A stretch of DNA of 64,000 bases from an uncultured Spirochaetales bacterium (GTDB taxonomy: Bacteria; Spirochaetota; Spirochaetia; SPDA01; CAYXSD01). The first letter of the stretch is position 1. Every line of letters starts with the position of its first letter. The notes beneath the pieces were generated by a model that saw nothing but the letters and a program-made list of their open reading frames with translations, had not been told where the DNA came from and searched no databases. The stretch is taken from the NCBI GenBank assembly GCA_964466335.1, contig CAYXSD010000001.1, forward strand, positions 58,601 through 122,600. The letters run 5' to 3'. The translations under genes and the position numbers were made by a program. Positions 58,446-64,000 of the stretch are shown one piece after another.

Positions 58446-60167
58446 ATGACGGAACAAGAGCCTAAAACAACTGACGAAACAATTCAAACTAATTTACAGG
58501 AAGAATATCTGAAATCTCTTGACCAACTGGAAGAAGGACAACTGATAAAAGGTAATGTTATCCAAGTTGGGCCTGAATACGTATTTGTAGATGTAGGCTA
58601 TAAATCTGAAGGGAAGGTCCCTGTAGGTGAATTTAAAGAAACGCCTGAAATTGGAGATCATGTAGACGTTGTACTACTACGAAAAGAGGGAAGAGAAGGC
58701 GAAATCGTCGTATCTAAAAGCAAAGCAGACGAGAAGGCCCTTTGGCAAAATCTTAGAGACTCCTTCGAACAAAAAGAACCCGTTGAAGGGGTATTTGAAC
58801 ACAGTATAAAAGGCGGATTTGAAGTCGATCTCGGATACAACATCAAAGCATTTAATCCCATTTCCAAAACTGATATTTCTCGTGTGGAAGAGCCGGATAA
58901 GTGGGTCGGTGTAAAATCGAAATTTCTTATAGATCGTCTATATAGTGACAATAAGCTAAAGATTGTTCTGTCGCGTCGTGACTGGCTGGAACGAGAAATA
59001 GAAGAAAAACGTCGCGCATTTTTCGAAAATACATCCATTGGGGATGAGGTAAAAGGTACTGTTAAAAGTTTTACCTCCTTTGGCGCTTTTATAGATTTAG
59101 GCGGGTTCGACGGGCTTCTCCATATTAATGATATGAGTTGGGGACACGTTACCCGGCCAAAAGACTACGTTAGTAAAGGCCAAGAAATAACATTACAGGT
59201 AATTAAGCTCGATCCGGAAGAAATGAAGATTAATCTTTCCTTAAAGCACTTTACCCCTGATCCATGGTCTGTTTTTGAGGATAAATATCAGGTTGGCGAT
59301 GTTGTACAAGGCTCAGTAACGAAACTCACCGATTTTGGTGCTTTTATCGAACTGGAAGAAGGTATCGAGGGTCTCGCGCATATATCTGAACTCTCTTGGG
59401 TAAAACGAATAAATCATCCTAAAGAACTACTTAAGGTTGGGGACGAGGTAGAGGCAAAGATCCTTTCGTACGATCTTCTTAAGGGAAGGGTTTCTTTGGG
59501 AATAAAACAAGTACAGGACAATCCATGGGACACCCTCGACGAGCGTTACCCAGTGGGTACTGTAGCGCACAAAGAGGTTAAAAAGATTACCAACGCTGGG
59601 GCTTTTGTAGAATTAGAAGAAGGCATTGACGCCTTTATACATGTAGATGATTTCTCTTGGACAAAAAAGATAAAAAATCCCCAGTCTGTTCTTCAGGAGG
59701 GAGAATTCTACGATTTTAAAGTGATATCCCTGGACAAAGAAAACTTCCGCATTAGAGTGGGGTTAAAACAACTCTCCGACGATCCCTGGGACACTCTTTC
59801 CTCTAAATATAGAAGGGGAGATTCTATCGAAGGTACAATTACCTCAGTTACTGATTTCGGCATCTTCGTTCGAGTTGAAGGAGATATCGAAGGCCTTGTC
59901 CATAAGAGCAACCTTGTCCCCAAAACACCTGGAGAGGAACTCGACGAGGAGGAAATTTTATCCCAGTACAAGGAAGGCGATAGTGTCACTGCATCCGTTG
60001 TGGAACTAAACCCTCATCGTAAGAAACTGGCCCTCTCAATGAAGGATTATCAGAAGAAGCTTCAGCGTGAAGAACTCTCCAAATACATTCATGATGAAGA
60101 AGAAGAGAGTACTGCGACTTTCGGCGATATCCTAAAGAACAAGGAAACAAATCAACCAGATACGTAA
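58446..60167 (+). CDS. rpsA: 30S ribosomal protein S1
   Basis: 573 aa, six S1 repeats (GxV.G.V..i..fGaFV.l..g.eGL.HiSe). Confidence 0.9.
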   Translation: MTEQEPKTTDETIQTNLQEEYLKSLDQLEEGQLIKGNVIQVGPEYVFVDVGYKSEGKVPVGEFKETPEIGDHVDVVLLRKEGREGEIVVSKSKADEKALWQNLRDSFEQKEPVEGVFEHSIKGGFEVDLGYNIKAFNPISKTDISRVEEPDKWVGVKSKFLIDRLYSDNKLKIVLSRRDWLEREIEEKRRAFFENTSIGDEVKGTVKSFTSFGAFIDLGGFDGLLHINDMSWGHVTRPKDYVSKGQEITLQVIKLDPEEMKINLSLKHFTPDPWSVFEDKYQVGDVVQGSVTKLTDFGAFIELEEGIEGLAHISELSWVKRINHPKELLKVGDEVEAKILSYDLLKGRVSLGIKQVQDNPWDTLDERYPVGTVAHKEVKKITNAGAFVELEEGIDAFIHVDDFSWTKKIKNPQSVLQEGEFYDFKVISLDKENFRIRVGLKQLSDDPWDTLSSKYRRGDSIEGTITSVTDFGIFVRVEGDIEGLVHKSNLVPKTPGEELDEEEILSQYKEGDSVTASVVELNPHRKKLALSMKDYQKKLQREELSKYIHDEEEESTATFGDILKNKETNQPDT

Positions 60168-60183
60168 GTATTATGAGAACCCC

Positions 60184-61698
60184 ATGTCCATGTTTACATC
60201 GAAAATCGATGAAAAGCGATTTAAGACGCTTATCGAAATTAATGAGCTCATAAACTCTCAGTATTCTGACACCAATGTATTGCTCAATAGGATTCTTGAA
60301 TCAGCTACTTTACTTACTGTTGGAGAAGCCTCCTCGCTCCTGTTAGTACATCCCTCCAACAACAAGCTCTACTTTGAAATTGCCTTAGGCTCCAAAGGAA
60401 AGGATGTAAAGCAATTCTCTCTCAATATGGGAGAAGGTATTGCTGGTTGGGTGGCGAAACACAATACCTCTCTTATTGTAAATGACGTTACCTCAGATCC
60501 GCGGTTTTTTTCCGATATTAGTAAACAAATTGGCTTTGCAACTCATTCCATTCTTGCTTCTCCTATGCGTATAAAAAACACCTGCGTAGGAGTCATTGAA
60601 ATTATTAATAAAAAGAACGGCTCTTCTTTTAATAACGAAGATCTGGAGTGGCTTGAAATTTTCTGCAACCAGGCAGCCTTGGCCATACAGAACGCTAAGC
60701 AGTTTCAAAAGGCAAATGATGAAATTTACTTGCTCCAGGACCAACTCCAGAAAGAAAAAGGCTATCACACTTTTCTTGGCAAGAGTCAATCCATAATAAA
60801 AACCTTAGAAGTAGCTAAAAAAGTAGCTTCTTCGAACTCCTCAGTTCTTCTTCTCGGTGAAAGCGGGGTTGGAAAGGAGCTTTTTGCCGAACAAATTCAT
60901 TTACATAGCAAACGCGTGTCCAAGCCTTTCATCCGCGTAAACTGTGCCGCTCTTCCGGAACATCTTTTGGAAAGTGAGTTGTTTGGTCATATAAAGGGTG
61001 CTTTCACCGATGCTATTAGTGACAGGAAGGGACGCTTTGAGTTAGCGAATCAGGGGACTATTTTTCTCGATGAAATTGCTGAAATTCCCGTAAACCTACA
61101 GGCGAAATTATTACGGGTAATTCAAGAGGGAATTTTCGAGAAAATAGGTTCCAGTGAACCCTTTAAAGTGGATGTGCGCATTATTGCTGCAACCAATAAA
61201 AACTTAGATGAGGCAATTGAGGAGAAAACCTTCAGAAAGGACCTCTACTATCGTCTCAATGTCTTGCCTTTAGAAATTCCACCTCTTCGGGAACGTAGGG
61301 AAGATATCCCCCTTCTTGCGGAACACTTCCTTAAACGGAGCAATATGGAAACAAAAAAGCAGATAACTGGTTTTACCTCAGAGGCTATGGAGCTCCTTCT
61401 TTCCTACCATTGGCCGGGTAATGTGAGAGAACTTGAAAACTCAATTGAACGGGCCGTTGTTCTCTGTGCCGAGGACATTATCTCTCCCAAAGATATTTCA
61501 CTCGATACCCATTCGTCGGATGGAATTGATACCTATTACGGAAGGACCCTTAAGGAGGCTGTGAATCTTTTTAAAAGACACTTCATTCTTTCATCCTTGA
61601 ACGAAAATGAGGGAAATCAAACGGAAACAGCAAAGAAATTAGGTATTCAACGCACTTATCTATCTCGATTGATAAGAGAACTGGACATTGAACGATAG
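60184..61698 (+). CDS. sigma-54-dependent transcriptional activator with N-terminal GAF domain
   Basis: GAF region; AAA+ sigma-54 interaction domain (GESGVGKE Walker A, GAFTDA/GHIKGAFT loop, ESELFGH); C-terminal Fis-type HTH (QTETAKKLGIQRTYLSRLI); no receiver domain. Confidence 0.8.
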   Translation: MSMFTSKIDEKRFKTLIEINELINSQYSDTNVLLNRILESATLLTVGEASSLLLVHPSNNKLYFEIALGSKGKDVKQFSLNMGEGIAGWVAKHNTSLIVNDVTSDPRFFSDISKQIGFATHSILASPMRIKNTCVGVIEIINKKNGSSFNNEDLEWLEIFCNQAALAIQNAKQFQKANDEIYLLQDQLQKEKGYHTFLGKSQSIIKTLEVAKKVASSNSSVLLLGESGVGKELFAEQIHLHSKRVSKPFIRVNCAALPEHLLESELFGHIKGAFTDAISDRKGRFELANQGTIFLDEIAEIPVNLQAKLLRVIQEGIFEKIGSSEPFKVDVRIIAATNKNLDEAIEEKTFRKDLYYRLNVLPLEIPPLRERREDIPLLAEHFLKRSNMETKKQITGFTSEAMELLLSYHWPGNVRELENSIERAVVLCAEDIISPKDISLDTHSSDGIDTYYGRTLKEAVNLFKRHFILSSLNENEGNQTETAKKLGIQRTYLSRLIRELDIER

Positions 61699-61728
61699 AT
61701 TATTGATAGATTATTGATAGATTATTAT
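61696..61728. repeat. 3 x 11-bp tandem repeat TAGATTATTGA
   Basis: Tandem units at 61696, 61707, 61718 (the last is degenerate), beginning at the stop codon of the sigma-54 activator. Confidence 0.6.
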
Positions 61729-61742
61729 AGAACACGTAAGGA

Positions 61743-62495
61743 ATGACGAAACCTATCGAATCAGGAGGACCATTTATGCAACAACCAGGAAGAGAAAAAA
61801 CAAAGAAGGAACAATTTTTAGATAACCTTGCAGGTTTTTTGCAGAAAAATCGAATATTCTTTCTTTCCTTTCTAATAGCAATTGCTCTGTTTTTTATTGT
61901 ATTCGCGATTGCTTCAGAAGTCAGAAATCGTAGAATCGAAGAATCCACCATAATGACAGAGGAGCTCCAGAAGCAGTACGAAAATTGGTTTGAGAACATG
62001 GATAAAGAGGAAGCAGAACAGCCCGCGGAGATTGGAGAAACAGCAAAGGAACTCATTTCTCAAGCCGATTCTATCTTGGAGAAATATCCAAACCTCTATG
62101 CTTCTCAGAGGGCTCACTATATTAAGGCCAACGTGTACTATAAAAAGGGTGAATGGTCCTCTGCTGCCGAAGCGTTCATTACACTGCAAGAGAGGTTTCC
62201 TAAGAGCTATCTCGCTCCCATTGCCCTGCACATTGCAGCAATCGCCTCTGAGGAGATGGATGAAATTGACCGCGCTTTAGAATTACACAACCAGATACTC
62301 TCTAACTATGCCTCTACCTACCCAGATACTCCCCGTTCCATTTTTACCATTGGGCGACTCTATGAGCATAAGGAGCAGTATGAAGAAGCGCAGGAACAGT
62401 ACAACACATTAATTAATGAGTATACCTCAAGTAATTGGACAAAACTTGCGCGAGACCGTATAATTTACTTACAATCAAAGGGGTTAATATCCTGA
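61743..62495 (+). CDS. membrane-anchored TPR-repeat protein
   Basis: 250 aa; one TM helix (IFFLSFLIAIALFFIVFAI) and C-terminal TPR units. Confidence 0.5.
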   Translation: MTKPIESGGPFMQQPGREKTKKEQFLDNLAGFLQKNRIFFLSFLIAIALFFIVFAIASEVRNRRIEESTIMTEELQKQYENWFENMDKEEAEQPAEIGETAKELISQADSILEKYPNLYASQRAHYIKANVYYKKGEWSSAAEAFITLQERFPKSYLAPIALHIAAIASEEMDEIDRALELHNQILSNYASTYPDTPRSIFTIGRLYEHKEQYEEAQEQYNTLINEYTSSNWTKLARDRIIYLQSKGLIS

Positions 62496-62547
62496 TAGTT
62501 CATTTATAGATAGCTGATCCAATGTATACCTTTTGAGGAGAAGGGCC

Positions 62548-64000
62548 ATGGCAAAACAAAAAAAGAGAAACAAATTTTTAGAGACCAGATACTTCGGATT
62601 GGTTATCGGATTGTTCATTGTACTAGTTTTTTTCTTGCTTAGTTTTGTTGTTCGACTTCCTTTACTTACAAATCTAGAATTAAAAATGACGGATGTACAC
62701 TTTACCTTTAAAAATGTCTTCCGTGCTCAGAGCGTCCAGGAAGGTGTAAGCGTGGAACGAAGGAATCCGGACATCTCCTCTGATATTCTTATTATAGGAA
62801 TTGACTTTAACAGTTTAAGTAAATTCGGTAAATGGCCCTTTCCCAGATATCGTCATGCCAATCTTATTGATTCCTTTGCAAAGATACAGGACCAAACTCA
62901 GAGGGAAAGGGCATTGTTTATCGATGTCTTTTTTATTGAACCTGACGAAAATGCCTACGACGATGCCATCCTCGTTAATAGTATAAAGAATAACGGGCGG
63001 GTTTTTTTAGAAACAGTCTTAGACGAAGTACCACCGCCTTCGGACCAGAAGGAAGAATTCTTTGCACGGCACGAAAAACTTTTTCAGTCCTGGGGAAAGA
63101 TAAAAAACATCCAGGGTAATTGGCTTGATGTACCCGCCTATTATGGGTTACAGCCCCCCCTACAGCCTTACGCGGAAGCTACTCATGGATACGGCCACGC
63201 TAACTTTTATAAAGATTCAGACAATATATACCGTAGACAGGCCTTGGTTGCGAAATCATCCGAACTCATTGAGGAGTTTAAGTTAAGGGACCTGACACTA
63301 GATACTCCGGTGGATTTCGAGAACTTTGAACGCCTAGCTTGGACAGATAAGGACGGTATGACTCATTCTATAAGGTATCCTCTCACTGCAGATTCTCTGG
63401 CAAACCTAAAGAGCTTAATACAGAGCAATGCTCCTGTTAAATCTGTAGATACAGACAATGACGGAAAAGCCGATGACACTTACTATACAATAAAACGGTA
63501 TCAGGACTACTTTGTCCCTGCCATTACGCTCTCCCTTGCTCTTCAGTACTTCAACAAGACTATAGATGATATTGAAGTAATATACGGTGATAAAATCAGT
63601 ATTTCTTCTCCTGAATACTTCAACCCTCAGGAGAATACATGGGTACCCTACGAATTGACATTAAAGCCCGCTGAATACGATGAAGAGGGGAACATCGTAA
63701 AGGAAGCTAAAAAAAGGGTAGTGGAGGAGATAGAGATTCCTATAGATAAACACGGCGGCATGCTTATTAATTTTATGGGACCTCCTTCCTTTGCCTCCCC
63801 AGGAGCTCCCCAAACTTTCCCCATACGATCTTACGCGGGATATGCTTCAAGAGTACCCGGCTTAGACTCTTCCACATGGCCGAGAACAATGGCCGTGGAC
63901 AATAAACTCCTTATGGTTGGTCCCTTTGCTAGGGGAATGGCAGCAGACCAAAAAACAACACCTTTTGGCCTCATGTATGGAGTGGAGATCCATGCCAATG
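62548..64000 (+). CDS. CHASE2 sensor-domain protein (3' partial; output domain beyond window)
   Basis: N-terminal TM, then CHASE2 hallmarks (IIGIDFNSLSKFGKWPFPR..., VGPFARGMAADQKTTPFGLMYGVEIHAN); open to the window end. Confidence 0.65.
   Translation, partial: MAKQKKRNKFLETRYFGLVIGLFIVLVFFLLSFVVRLPLLTNLELKMTDVHFTFKNVFRAQSVQEGVSVERRNPDISSDILIIGIDFNSLSKFGKWPFPRYRHANLIDSFAKIQDQTQRERALFIDVFFIEPDENAYDDAILVNSIKNNGRVFLETVLDEVPPPSDQKEEFFARHEKLFQSWGKIKNIQGNWLDVPAYYGLQPPLQPYAEATHGYGHANFYKDSDNIYRRQALVAKSSELIEEFKLRDLTLDTPVDFENFERLAWTDKDGMTHSIRYPLTADSLANLKSLIQSNAPVKSVDTDNDGKADDTYYTIKRYQDYFVPAITLSLALQYFNKTIDDIEVIYGDKISISSPEYFNPQENTWVPYELTLKPAEYDEEGNIVKEAKKRVVEEIEIPIDKHGGMLINFMGPPSFASPGAPQTFPIRSYAGYASRVPGLDSSTWPRTMAVDNKLLMVGPFARGMAADQKTTPFGLMYGVEIHAN

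Noticed and set aside
1-64000. CRISPR arrays, tRNA/rRNA genes, prophage or restriction-modification/toxin-antitoxin islands
   Set aside because: No spacer-repeat periodicity, no tRNA-sized conserved intergenic segments, and every large ORF has a housekeeping or envelope assignment; the only repeats are the small palindromic families described above.

Overview
This 64 kb window is mostly conserved chromosomal core from a spirochete-like genome (roughly 43% GC). A Treponema/Borrelia-type taxon is suggested by the tamB-bamA-skp order and an ~890-aa long-form GreA; this is inference only. The genes are densely packed and mostly co-directional.

Gene content in order:
- purB (5' partial), guaB, purA, guaA
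- convergent tmRNA (ssrA, tag ADNSADYAIAA) immediately downstream of smpB
- a membrane FGE/SUMF1-domain protein
- two tandem signal peptidase I genes
- hemW, yebC, ruvC, ruvA, ruvB, queA
- tmk plus a secreted hypothetical
- tamB-like, bamA, skp
- a STAS protein, mutS, comF-like
- rimP, nusA, infB, rbfA, truB, ribF, rpsO, pnp, dut
- lptF/lptG-like permeases, tgt, murJ
- a secreted HEAT-repeat protein convergent with a VWA membrane protein
- long greA, several TPR proteins, rpe, dtd, recA, folK, scpA, scpB, rluB, cmk, rpsA
- a GAF/sigma-54 activator and a 3'-truncated CHASE2 sensor

There is no CRISPR, phage, restriction-modification or toxin-antitoxin island, and no tRNA or rRNA. The signals not explained by genes are small non-coding ones:
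1. A perfectly duplicated 38-bp palindromic intergenic repeat 25 kb apart, with two degenerate copies, always just 3' of a plus-strand gene.
2. A MITE-like palindromic element (22-bp perfect inverted repeats flanked by a 9-bp direct repeat) just upstream of greA. It supplies the stop codon of the upstream TPR gene, and a decayed second copy sits in the mutS-comF spacer.
3. A GC-rich ~140-nt structured segment ending in an intrinsic-terminator hairpin upstream of rpe, a candidate small RNA.
4. An intrinsic terminator about 20 nt before the rimP start.
5. NusA with an acidic tail plus a C-terminal zinc ribbon.
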